Source: Eledone cirrhosa (taxonomy: Eukaryota). Taken from it: a DNA stretch of 64,000 nucleotides. Made by a program: the position numbers and the translations under genes. The stretch is taken from contig OZ024747.1 in assembly GCA_964016885.1 (NCBI GenBank), forward strand, positions 61,938,001 through 62,002,000, given 5' to 3'. This document shows positions 39,145 to 51,651 of the stretch, piece after piece (position 1 is the stretch's first letter; the number at the start of each line of letters is the position of its first letter). The notes under the pieces were generated by a model that had not been told where the DNA came from, did not search any database, and was given only the letters and a program-made list of their open reading frames with translations.

Positions 39145-39762
39145 TCATATATATATATATATATAATGTACATATATTCATATATATATATATATATATA
39201 TAATGTACATATATTCATATATATATATATATATAATGTACATATATTCATATATATACATATATATAATGTACATATATTCATATATATACATATATAT
39301 AATGTACATATATTCATATATATATATATAATATATATATAATATATATATTTGTCTACATGAATATAGATGTATATTTTTTGTTCATAATTTATAGAGT
39401 GTAACGATGTTGGTGAATGCCTCGTTAGAACTCATCTAATTAGGAACTGTCAAAAGCTGTAACTAAATGACGCCTCAGTTAAGTAACGAGGAAGAGAAGC
39501 TACAGGAAATTCTAGTGTAGAAGAATCTGTAGACTATAAACATCGAAGAACATGGCAATGAAATGCAAGTTAAAACTCAACAGAATATATTATTTTATAT
39601 ACATACATTTTTTTTTATTGATATAATAGAATATGAAAATAAAATTGATTGAGAATTCTAAAACTAACAGTGACTAAATTAACACATCCTGTACCACATG
39701 AGACCACATTAGCAAGACAGTCTTGAAAAGTACAAAAGAGCACTACATTTATATCACATTAA

Positions 39763-40104
39763 CCCTTTAGCATTTAAACCAACCGTATCCAGCCAGAATT
39801 CTCTCATCTCTTTCTGTTCAAACCAGCTGTAACTGGCCAATCATACTGATGTTAAGGTATTGTTCTAAAATAAATAATTGTTTCTACTTTAGGCACAAAG
39901 CCAGCAATTACCCAGTGCATTACTAGTACTTTATTTTATCGACCCCGAAAGGATGAAAGGCAAAGTCAACCTCGGCGGGACTTGAACTCAGATCGTAAAG
40001 GGACGTAACTATGCTGGAAAGCATGGCGTCTGACCCTCTACCGATACTGCCAATCCACCGTGTGAGATATTATGTGTGATAAAGCCATTACCATGAAAAT
40101 ACAC

Positions 40105-40110
<6 letters not shown>
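39763..40110 (-). mobile_element. piggyBac-like MITE interrupted by a family A SINE (39875-40060)
   Basis: TTAACCCTTTAGCATTTAAACC start; MITE body resumes at GTGAGATATTATG after the SINE. Confidence 0.72.
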
Positions 40111-40139
<29 letters not shown>

Positions 40140-40449
40140 TAGATGTTAAAATCTTTACTCTAATAATGATATTTCTACAATAATCTGTCCAATAGTAAAG
40201 ATACTATAAATATTTAAATTAACAGACCACATTAGCAATGCAGTCATAAAAGGTACAAAACACCGAAATGTTTATAGTATCTTTAGTAGTGGACAGATGG
40301 CTGTGAAAATTTGAAGTATTTGAGTAAAGACATTAAGTTTTGATGTTATGCATTCATTGTGCTATTTTGTACTGTTCAAGAATCTTTTGCTAATGCGGTT
40401 TCATGTGGTTTGTTAATTAAAATGTTTATAGTATCATTTCTAGTGTCTG

Positions 40450-41622
40450 TCCATAACAGACACAAATACACAGTTACTATAGATGTGTAACACTGCAGGG
40501 TCCATAACAGACACAAATACACAGTTATTATAGATGTGTAACACTACAGGGTCCATAACAGACACAGATACACAGTTATTATAGATGTGTAACACAGCTG
40601 TATCAATAACAGACACAAATACACAGTTACTATAGATGTGTAACACTACAGGGTCCATAACAGACACAAATACACAGTTATTATAGATGTGTAACACTAC
40701 AAGGTCCTTAACAGACACAAATACACAGTTATTATAGATGTGTAACACTACAGGGTCCATAACAGACACAAATACACAGTTATTATAGATGTGTAACACT
40801 ACAAGGTCCATAACAGACACAAATACACAGTTATTATAGATGTGTAACACTACAGGGTCCATAACAGACACAAATACACAGTTATTATAGATGTGTAACA
40901 TTACAGGGTCCATAACAGACACAAATACACAGTTACTATAGATGTGTAACATTACAGGGTCCATAACAGACACAAATACACAGTTATTATAGATGTGTAA
41001 CACTACAGGGTCCATAACAGACACAAATACACAGTTATTATAGATGTGTAACACTACAGAGTCCATAACAGACACAAATACACAGTTATTATAGATGTGT
41101 AACACTACAGGGTCCATAACAGACACAAATACACAGTTACTATAGATGTGTAACACTACAGGGTCCATAACAGACACAAATACACAGTTATTATAGATGT
41201 GTAACACTACAGGGTCCATAACAGACACAGATACACAGTTATTATAGATGTGTAACACTACAGGGTCCATAACAGACACAAATACACAGTTACTATAGAT
41301 GTGTAACACTACAGGGTCCATAACAGACACAAATACACAGTTACTATAGATGTGTAACACTACAGGGTCCATAACAGACACAGATACACAGTTATTATAG
41401 ATGTGTAACACTACAGGGTCCATAACAGACACAAATACACAGTTATTATAGATGTGTAACACTACAGGGTCCATAACAGACACAGATACACAGTTATTAT
41501 AGATGTGTAACACTACAGGGTCCATAACAGACACAAATACACAGTTATTATAGATGTGTAACACTACAGGGTCCATAACAGACACAAATACACAGTTACA
41601 ATGTAACACTACAGGGTCCATA
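40450..41622. repeat. 51-bp minisatellite, ~23 units
   Basis: Unit GGGTCCATAACAGACACAAATACACAGTTATTATAGATGTGTAACACTACA; one extra diverged unit at 41870-41915. Confidence 0.98.
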
Positions 41623-41624
41623 AG

Positions 41625-41865
41625 TCTGACTCAAGCCAAGAGGCTTCGGCCAGTGTTTATCACAGTTTTGTGGCATGAAGATGACAGTCCATCACAGGGT
41701 TAAATCCCCAGCTATTGCTGGTACTCATTTTCTGCTGAGTATACTGGAGCAACGTGAAATGAAGTGTTTTGCTCAAGAACACAACAGGAAACCCAGCCCA
41801 GGAATGACACCCACGACATAATGATTGTAAGTCCAACACCCTTACCACTAGGCCATGCATCTCCA
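41625..41865 (-). mobile_element. tRNA-derived SINE (family B-like head and core)
   Basis: Reverse complement: GCATGGCCTAGTGGTAAGGGTGTTGGACTTAC...TGTGTTCTTGAGCAAAACACTTCATTTCACGTTGCTCCAG. Confidence 0.75.
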
Positions 41866-42730
41866 CAGAGGGTCCATAACAGATACAAATACACAGCTAT
41901 TATAGACATGTAACATTTGATAATTCACAAGATCCACAGGTACACAGTTAATATGCTTGTGTGGCATATATATATATATAGCTGTGTGTATGTATATATA
42001 TATGTGTCTGTGTGTGAGTATGTGTATATATTTTATATATATATATATATGTGTGTATGTATATGTGTATGTATATATGTAAATATGTGTATGTATATAT
42101 ACATATATACATACATATATACATACATATATTTACATATATTTACATACATATATTTACATATATATATATATATATATATATACATACATATATTTAC
42201 ATATATATATATATATATATATAAGTAAATATATATATTTACATATCTACATGTGTGTGTGTGTTAATGATTCAAATAAAACTGGTTTGAAGAGGATGCA
42301 CATAAAATGAAATTTTCACAATGCATTTGAAATATTCATGAGTCTGATGTTTAAATATGATGTAGTTTGTATGTTGTTGTTGTTATATATGTTATTGTCA
42401 TATTGTTATCAATGTTTTCATTGAAAGGCACTCCATACCTTTTTTTTTTCTAACAAGCTCTGAAGAACAAATGAAATAAATGTGAAATTGTAAAGGTTTT
42501 TAAATTAATGACGCCATAACATTTACAGCTTTCATTTCACTACAACATTCCATGTTTTTAGCATCTATTTGCAGTACATATATCATCCATATCTCTACAC
42601 CTATCTCTTTGTTACATAACATACAAGAAGGTGTGTGGCTTAGTGGTTAGACTATTGAACTGATGATCATATGCTTGTGGATTGTCTAAGTTCTTGCACT
42701 ATATATATATATATACATATATATGTATAT

Positions 42731-42906
42731 ATATGAAAAAATTCAGGACCCCGACAGCTGAGCTTTAGCCGTTTCAACACAGCTAAATCCGTTTGGAGCT
42801 CAGCTGTCAGGGTCCTGAATTTTTTCATATTACCCTCTCTACTACCCCAAGTATCAAGTAGTCTGGTGAGTAATAGTCTAACTGGTTTTTACTGCCTACA
42901 TTCTGA
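42731..42906. mobile_element. Unclassified hairpin-ended short element, copy 3
   Basis: Palindrome ATATGAAAAAATTCAGGACCC...GGGTCCTGAATTTTTTCATAT (42731-42830) plus a unique tail; TA repeats on both sides. Confidence 0.75.
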
Positions 42907-42925
42907 TATATATATATTTCGCAGG

Positions 42926-43593
42926 GCGATAAAAATAGACGGTAGCCACGTAGTAGGCAGACCCAGAAAAACCTGGGACGACTTGATAAATTCCGACCTC
43001 ACACACTTACACCTCTCCAAGACAATGTCACTGGACCGAGATCTTTGGCGCTACACAGTTATACAGAAGACCCACCTTGCCTAAGTACAAAGCGAAACCT
43101 ACAGTCAGTAGGCACCTCTAACAAAATACACCCCCGTCCCACTACCCCCACCCCATCCACACCACACCCTTAAATGTGAAGTTATATTGGTACCACAACA
43201 TCCAGTCCGAAACAAATGAGGTCATGTAGGTGTCACAACAAAAAAAAAACACAGTCCACGCTGTAATGTGGCCATGTAGGTAACATGGTAAAAACCTCCC
43301 AGTCCACACTGTAAACGTCGTTGGTGTTGGGAAGGGCACCCAGCCGTAGAAAACCTGCCAGATGTGTAGGTGTCACAACAATAAAACACAGTCCACGCTG
43401 TAATGTGGCCGTGTAGGTAACACGGTAAAAACCTCCCAGTCCACACTGTAAACGTGGTTGGTGTTAGGAAGGGCATCCAGCCTAGAAAACCCGCCAGACG
43501 GTCCTGAGCAAGACAACCAATCTTGCCTCAAGTGGGACAATTCCCATCCATCTAGCGTGGAAAATGGACATTAAACGATGATGATGATGATGA
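42926..43593 (+). mobile_element. 5'-truncated RTE LINE (same family as 47200-49465)
   Basis: Near-identical to 48925-49460 (IKIDGSHVVGRPRKTWDDLINSDL plus 3'UTR and (GAT)n), with a ~120-bp internal duplication in the UTR. Confidence 0.9.
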
Positions 43594-43865
43594 TATATAT
43601 ATATATATATATATATAGTTCAAGGAAATGACAAAACAGTGGTACAAAAAGTCTTAGTTTATTACTTTATATGGAAAAGGGGAAATAAAGTTTGACGTGT
43701 CAGGCTTTAGCCTTTCTTCAGGAGTACAAAAAAAAAAAGAGAGAGATGATCACAAAGGATAGATACAGAAAATAAAAGGTAGTCTGTAGTGAAAAAAAAA
43801 AATGAGAGTAGACAAGACAAACCGTTAGGGAGTCTTAGAATGCAATATGATATATGTATGTATAA

Positions 43866-43907
<42 letters not shown>

Positions 43908-44426
43908 AAACACACATGCACAGAACTTTCTGGGAGGTCAGTAACCCTGCTTTAGAACTGATTCGGTCTGTGAAGATGTATCCAACCCAGGCTAGCAGTA
44001 AAAGTGGACATTAAATTATGATGATGATGATAATGACCATCATCATCATTGTTTAATGTCCATTTCTCCATGCTATCATGAGTTAGACAAGTTCTCTGGT
44101 TGCGAGACAAATCAGATCAGATGACCATGTCTTGCTCATACAGAACTGATTCTGGCTTGGGTTCTACAGCTGCAAATATTCTGTATTTTATGTTAGAAGG
44201 TCAATGATATTCTTTAGTTACATTTATTATATACTCCACTATTGCTGCTCCCTCTTTTTTACTGTTTAGTCAGGTAGGGAAAGGCTCTGTCCAGGGCCCC
44301 TTTCAGTCTCTAAGACTGATGGAAGCGTGGAAGGAAAGTATCACAAAACTGGAGATATGATGAGAAAGCTTGCAACGGAGGGGACATTGATGAATGCACC
44401 CAAGGACCATGTGGTGATGGTGTTAA

Positions 44427-44631
44427 CCCTTTTGCATTTACATTACTCTATATTTACTATTGTATTTTCACAGAAAACACTTTATCTCACATAATATTGA
44501 ATGTATGAGATTTTGATATTTATTTTGAGAACAATACCTTAATGTCAGTATAAGCAGCCAGTTACGTCCGGTTTGAAAAGAAGGAAGTTTGAAAATTCTG
44601 GCCAGATATGGTCGGTTTAGATGTGAAAGGG
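44427..44631. mobile_element. piggyBac-like MITE
   Basis: TTAA-CCCTTTTGCATTTAC ... GAAAGGG-TTAA. Confidence 0.82.
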
Positions 44632-45722
44632 TTAAACCAGCCAACAGATTGCAGAAGCAAAGCCTTCCCACCATTAACTATCAAAGGAAATAATGTAATG
44701 AAGTAGAATAAATTAAATAACTAATAAATACGTAGGGATCGGGAAGAAATAAGTACCCACTTTGACTCTGGAGGCTCAGCTGACAGATTAAGTCTACAAC
44801 TCAAATAGGCCATAGTAGGATTTCAACTCAAGATGCAGAGAGCCAGAACAATTCCACAAATCTGTCCCCTACAATGGACTGCTATTCTATCAATTACCCA
44901 CCCCACCCCTCCTGGAAGGCCAAAGGTCAGAGAGCAAAGTTCACTTTGGTATTTGAACACAGAGATCTAGAGTAAATGCCACAAGAAATGTGCTACGTTT
45001 TAACAATTCTGCCAATATGGTGTGCGTGGAGTGAGAAGATATAGAGAAACAACAAATATTGATGTGTGTGTGTGTACGCGCATGTTCATATGTGTGTGCG
45101 CATGTGTGTTGGAATGGGGGGGGGGGGGCAAAGACTAATACACCCCCCGTCCACACACACACTGAGCAATAAAGGTTCAAAAGTGAAACAAATTAATAAA
45201 ATAAAAAATCATTCAGTTTTGAAGTACAGTTAATTAATTTTAGTTTTTTAAAACAAATATTCATCAGTTATTTAATTTTTTTTTTTTTTAAAGATATAAT
45301 TGATTGGTTTATTTCTGAAGAAATATTGGCTGTTTGTTTTAATGTTGCCCAAGAAATAACAGTCGAGTGGTTTAATGATTGAACTAATATTGGTCAATTG
45401 GCTTCCTTCATATTCCATAGCCATCAATACACACTGTTCATAACTTAAGTACTGTAGTCATAATCAACTTTTAACTCTTCATCTGCCAAACACTCGATGT
45501 TCTGACCTTTGACCCAGAGAACCAACTAACTTATGACACTACCAGAATAGAAATTAACACATTTAAAACCAAACTGCCTATTATTACCCCTAGGTTCTAT
45601 GGTACATAGCTGTTAATTTTGAAGTGTTTATATTTATATATATATATATGTGTGTGTAAAAGGTAAACAGAAATAACAACACAATCGGTACAACGCTTGA
45701 TATAGTAGGAAGAGGATCTTAA

Positions 45723-45758
<36 letters not shown>

Positions 45759-45767
45759 TGTGTGTGT

Positions 45768-46000
45768 ATCATCATCATCATCATCCTCGTTTAACGTCCA
45801 CTTTCCACGCTAGCATGGGTTAGATGGGAGTTGTCCCACTTGAGGCAAGGTTGGTCGGGTGACCGTGTCTCGCTCATATAGGACTATCTGGCTGGTTTTC
45901 TACGGCTGGATGCCCTTCCTAACACCAACCACATTTACAGTGTGGAACTGGGAACTTTTTACCGTGTTACCTACACGGCCACATTACAGCGTGGACTGTG
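45768..46000 (-). mobile_element. RTE 3'UTR fragment
   Basis: Reverse complement of 49240-49460. Confidence 0.8.
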
Positions 46001-46354
46001 TATATATATATATATTTAAACTTGCATCATAACACTTTTGAAACCAAACTGCTATTGCTACCCTCAGATTATATGATACATAGATGTTTATTTAAAGTGT
46101 TTATCATCATCATCATCGTTTAACATCCATCTTCCACGCTAGCATGAGTTAGACGGTTTTGTTCCATTTGATGCAGGAATGGTCGGTAGACCATATAAAA
46201 GAAAAACTTCAATCATAATTTTATTTAAGAATCTTTGTTATGTGCTAAACTCCAACTTAAATATGAGAAAGTTATTTTAAATCCTTACAAATTCTTATTT
46301 TTAAAATCAACTGAATATCATAGGCAGTGTCTTTCGTTAGGAATATTGAAATTA

Positions 46355-46612
46355 TTATCATCATCGTTAAACGTCCATTTTCCATGCTAGCATGGATTAG
46401 ACGGGTTGTCAGGTGACCATGTCTTGCTCATACAAAACTGTTTCTGGCCTAGTTTCTATGGCTGGAAGCCCTTCCTAATGCCAACCACACTTACAGTGTG
46501 TGCTGAGTGCTTTTTGTCGTGATACCAACATGACCACTTTATAGTGTGGGCTGGGTATTTTTTGTCATGATACCTACACGACCACTTTACAGTGTGTACC
46601 GGGTGCTTTTTG
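46355..46612 (-). mobile_element. RTE/SINE-B 3' tail fragment
   Basis: AACGTCCATTTCCATGCTAGCATGG...CCCTTCCTAATGCCAACC. Confidence 0.75.
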
Positions 46613-47012
46613 TAGAAGAAGAAGAAAAAGAAGAAGAGCAGCAGCAGCAACAGTTTCATTGAACAAATCAGGTAAAACAGTGATTGTCGATACCAATGAA
46701 AATCCAACACACAAAACTGATAAGTTCTTTTTTTTTTTTTTAAAGTTAAAATTAATAAAACATTTCAAAATAGGCTAAAATTAAAGGTAAAAAAAACCCT
46801 CATAAAAATACTCTCTTAAAAAAATATATCCTGACCATCATTATTTGAATAGAAAAATATATTGTGTATGATAAGATCGTAAATGTGATTATATATAATA
46901 GATTTTCATCAAATTATATTGATATATTGATAATCAGGAAGAGGAAACTATAAAAGGAAGTTTTGTCATAACAGAAATGTAAAGTTTGTTTTATGTATGT
47001 GTGACTATATAT

Positions 47013-47053
<41 letters not shown>

Positions 47054-47199
47054 CACACATACACATACATACACATGTGTGTGTCTTTATATACATATAT
47101 AAAAATGTATGTGTGAGTATATATATATATATTTATATTTATATATATATATATATATATGAATGTGTGTATGTACACACACACACACACCTATGTATG

Positions 47200-49465
47200 G
47201 CATCTGGAAGAAAGTGATAATGGCTTGGAAAATATGAGAAGGTAGTTGACTTTGTTGAATGGTAGAATAAGAGAGAAGTTAATACTTTCAATGATGTTGT
47301 CGTGGAGAAGTGTGTCCTTAATGATGATGGTGTACTTGCCATCACTGACGCTGATAAGAAGGTAGCTTGGAAGTGTCACTACGAAAGGCTACTAAATGAG
47401 AATAAATGGGAGAAAGACAGTCTCCCCCACATCGATCCAATCGAGGGACCAGCAGTGCAAGTTGAAGGTAGTATAATAAGTAAGGCGATCAAAGATATGA
47501 AGACGGGTAAGGCGGCTGGGCCTTCGGAAATAGTTGCTGAAATGCTGAAAGCATCTGGAATGGTGGGACACACTATGGTCACCCGGATAGTAAACCAAGT
47601 CATACAGAATGGGGTCATTCTGAAGGACTGGCGTAGCAGCATCATCGTTAACTGCTACAAGGGTAAAGGAGATGCCCTAGATAGGGGAAGCTATAGAGGC
47701 ATTAAATTAATTGACCAGGTCATGAAGGTCACAGAAAAAGTAATAGCGCAACTAATCAGAGAGCGAATTGATCTAGATGAAATGCAGTTCGGGTTTGTGT
47801 CAGGTAAAAGTACCACAGACGCTCTTTTCATTGTACGACAACTACAGGAGAAGTACCTAGCTAAAAGTAAACCTCTATACTTAGCTTTTGTTGACTTTAA
47901 GAAAGCCTTTGATAGAGTCGCACGCCCCATTATCTGGTGGGCTCTCAGAAAACTAAGTGTTGATGAATGGCTTGTGAGAGCTATACAAGCCATGTATAAA
48001 GAAACAGTCAGCAAGGTTAGAATTAACAACGAATATAATGAAGAGTTTAGCGTAAAAGTTGGTGTTCATCAGGGCTCCGTCCTTAGTCCCCTCCTATTTA
48101 TTATTGCCCTTCAGGCTATAACAGAGGAGTTCAAGACCGGCTGCCCATGGGAACTCCTATACGCAGATGATCTAACGCTCATAGCTGAATCAATGGCTGA
48201 AATAGAGAAGAAATTCCAAACATGGAAGCATGGCCTAGAATCAACCTGTCTAAGACTAAAGTTCTAGTATGTAGGAAGGAAAATAGGGCACTGGTTCCAT
48301 CTGGGAAATGGCCATGCTCAGTATGTAGGAAAGGAGTAGGCAGAAACTCAATTTTATCTCCCAAATGCAAAGTATGGGTGCATAAAAGATGTAGTGGGAT
48401 CACAGGTAAGCTAACTAAGAATATAGATGTGGCCGGTGCTCAGGTGCAATAAGTAGCAGCAAGTGCCCACAGAATACTAGCTCATTCCATTGCACAGATG
48501 GTTCTATAGAAATAGTGGACACCTTCCATTACCTGGGTGACAAAATCAGCAGTGGTGGAGGGTGTTCTGAAAGTACAGTAGCTAGAGTAGATGGAAAAAG
48601 TTCAGAGAGCTTATACCACTATTGGCCGCTAAAGGTTTCTCTCTAAAAATGAAAGGCAGGCTGTATGATGCCTGCATACGAACAACAATGTTGCATGGCA
48701 GTGAGACCTGGGCATTGTGTGCAGAGGATATACGCAGACTGGAGAGGAACGAAGCTTGCATGCTCCGTTGGATGTGTAATAGTAATATTGAACGGCAAAG
48801 CATAAATGAACTAAGGGAGAAATTAGGAATAAGAGGGATCAGATGTTGTTTACTCGAGAGAAGACTACGTTGGTATGGTCACGTGATGCGCATGAAAGAC
48901 GACAGCTGTATAAAAAAGTGCAGCGCGATAAAAATAGACGATAGCCACAGAGTAGGCAGACCCAGAAAAACCTGGGACGACTTGATAAATTCCGACCTCA
49001 CACACACCTCTCCAAATCAATGTCACTGGACCGAGATCTTTGGCGCTACACAGTAATACAGAAGACCCGCCTTGCCTAAGTACAAAGCGAAACCTACAAT
49101 CAGTAGGCACCTCTTAACAAAAATACACCCCCATCCCACTACCCCCACCCCATCCCTTTCAATGTAAAGTTATGTTGGTACCACAACATCCAGTCCGAAA
49201 TAAATGAGGTCGTGTAGGTGTCACAACAAAAAAACACACAGTCCACGCTGTAATGTGGCCGTGTAGGTAACACGGTAAAAACCTCCCAGTTCCACACTGT
49301 AAACGTGGTTGGTGTTAGGAAGGGCATCCAGCCGTAGAAAACCCGCCAGACAGTCCTATGCGAGCAAGACAACCAATCTTGCCTTAAGTGGGAAAATTCC
49401 CGTCCAAACCCATGCAAGCGTGGAAGATGGACGTTAAACGATGATGATGATGATGATGATGATGT
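47200..49465 (+). mobile_element. RTE-clade LINE, 5'-truncated, RT with frameshifts
   Basis: RT motifs YRGIKL, QFGF, AFVDFKKAFD, GVHQGSVLSPLLF, LLYADD; Cys/His insert PCSVC..CKVWVHKRC; RLRWYGHVMR, GRPRKTW; 3'UTR ending in (GAT)n. Confidence 0.95.
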
Positions 49466-49729
49466 CACATCTAAGGATGCTTTTATTAAAGTGTTTGTAG
49501 TTGAATGAACATCTCTAGCAATGATTAATATGTGAAGAAGTAGACTTGTGTCTTTTATTAAACTTATATTAATACCCAGTGAATACCTGATTATTTTGAA
49601 AATTCACTGACAAACAATAGGTAGTCAATTCTTGTGAGAAATAGGGTCAGAAAAAGTTGAGATTTGTTTAAGTTACTGACACAAAAGGCTTTAGATTAAA
49701 TCTTCCATTTAGAACTTTCATCTATATAT

Positions 49730-50224
49730 AATTGTTTCTACATTTGGCACAAGGCCAGCAATTATCACAGTGCATTACTGGTACTTTATGTTATCGACCC
49801 TGTAAGGATGAAAGGCAAAGTTAACCTCGGCAGGATTTGAATTCAGATCGTAAAGGGACGTAACTATGCTTCAAAGCATGGCGTCCGACCCTCTACCAAT
49901 ACTGCCAATCCACCGCCCTTATAATTGTTTCTAGTTTTGGCACAAGGCCAGCAATTACCCAGTACATTACTGGTACTTTATTTTATCGACCTCTGTATGG
50001 ATGAAAGGCAAAGCAAAATTATCTATATATAATAATTCTTTCAACTTTTGGCACAAGGCCAGCAATTATCCCAGTGTATTACTGGTACTTTATTTTATCG
50101 ACCCCGTAAGGATGAAAGGCAAAGTTAACCTCGGCGGGATTTGAACTCAGGCCATAAAGGGCCGTAACTCTTTCCTGCAAAGCATGGCCTCCGACCCTCT
50201 ACCGATACAGCCAATCCACCGCCC
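49730..50224 (-). mobile_element. Three stacked family A SINEs (49730-49918, 49922-50015, 50037-50224)
   Basis: Three GGCACAAGGCCAGCAATTA ends; third copy has 17-bp TSD TATCTATATATAATAAT (50020-50036 / 50225-50241). Confidence 0.88.
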
Positions 50225-50290
50225 TATCTATATATAATAATGAATTAGAAGGCCACATGATATAATTTCATCACAATCTATTTATTACAT

Positions 50291-51238
50291 GGGAAATGGG
50301 CGACTGGCACATCGAATGTGCTCAGGCGCTCACAGTCCTCTGGCAAACGGACCCGGCGATCAGTGGAGACTCCACTTCGACATTCTATAGAGGGTTGGTC
50401 CGCAGCAAGTGCGATGACACGCTCGGAGAAACTCTAGGTGTAGAGGAGGACGAACTGGCCAGTCTGTTCGGTAAGATCTTCCACCCGGGACCAATAGACA
50501 ACTTCCAAAAGTCCCTGGCCTGGCAGTGCTACCGAGGAGCTCTACCAGTTAGAGACAAGTTCTACAGACACGGGCGCCCGGGTATAGACCCTTCGAAATA
50601 GATCTGTCCAAGATGCGTGCGTGATGAGGAAACCGTCGCGCATGCATTTGTACACTGCCCGGGCATTACCGACCTGTGGGGCTATGTAGAACGACTATTG
50701 TCGCGGGTGGGACCAATCCAGTTGACCACCGAGTCCATTGTCATGATCAAACCGCCACCCTCCTTCAAAAATGAGGGAGAGGCGGTTTTCCTATGTGTTA
50801 TGGCTATGGTGAAAGAGGTTGAAAGGGCTGAGGTCAGACACCTTTCTCTCCGGCGAGCAACTAATTCGTTTTTTCAAATATCATTTTAGAAGAAGAATCA
50901 GGATGGAGAGAGAGGTGCTGTACCCCAGCAAATTTGATAAAAGGTGGGTGAATGTGGCAAAGATGGCCCGAGTGGTTGGGCCTTCTCTCTATATAAGCCT
51001 GTAGGTTGAGGAAAAAGAGGAAGAGAGGAAGGGAGTACTCACTCTTGGTGCTCTTGGAGATGAGGGTTGTACATTTTTTCGTAGTGTGTACAACCCCTGT
51101 GTAACACCTCCCCGCTATTGGGGATATCAATTGTTATTTGTTATTTTATTAATAGTTTCATTTTCATATACCTGTATGTAAACTCCCCATTTGTATTTGT
51201 CCCCTTCTTTTGTGCCCTTGTGGCTAATAAAGAAAATT
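50291..51238 (+). mobile_element. L1/Tx1-clade LINE, 5'-truncated, with 16-bp TSD
   Basis: zf-RVT-like KSLAWQCYRGALPVRD..CPRC..EETVAHAFVHC; AATAAA near the end; TSD AATCTATTTATTACAT at 50275-50290 and 51239-51254. Confidence 0.88.
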
Positions 51239-51464
51239 AATCTATTTATTACATAATCCTGTGATGTGTATTTTGATGGCATCTGTTATGTAAGAATCAG
51301 ACATGATCTCATCAGACAGTACATTACTTATCTAATCATTAGTGATATGATTATCTATCTGATATACCAGTTGGTGGGTGTAGATGTTTCCTTACCACTG
51401 AGCTAGCATATATATATATATATTAATTCAAAATATTAATAAATATAGACATTCATGTAATCAA

Positions 51465-51536
51465 ATATATTTTATTATATATATTTCGGCGGTACTGTGC
51501 TGTTTCCTCAGTACGTCCTCATCAGATAAAATATAT
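51465..51536 (-). ncRNA. Minimal type I hammerhead ribozyme (Penelope-like pLTR type)
   Basis: Minus strand: 11-bp stem I AUAUAUUUUAU/AUAAAAUAUAU, CUGAUGA, stem II GG..GUACUG/CAGUAC..CC, GAAA, palindromic UAUAUA, UA site. Confidence 0.85.
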
Positions 51537-51592
51537 AAATTGATGTATGACATACCTCAACTGTGCTGGTGGTTCAATTCCAGTCTTGGCAG

Positions 51593-51650
<58 letters not shown>

Positions 51651-51651
51651 G

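Noticed and set aside
40440-41621. 393-aa ORF of 17-aa repeats
   Set aside because: Confined to the 51-bp array; unit variants are mostly nonsynonymous (N/S, F/S, V/M, P/L, M/K), so no sign of coding constraint.
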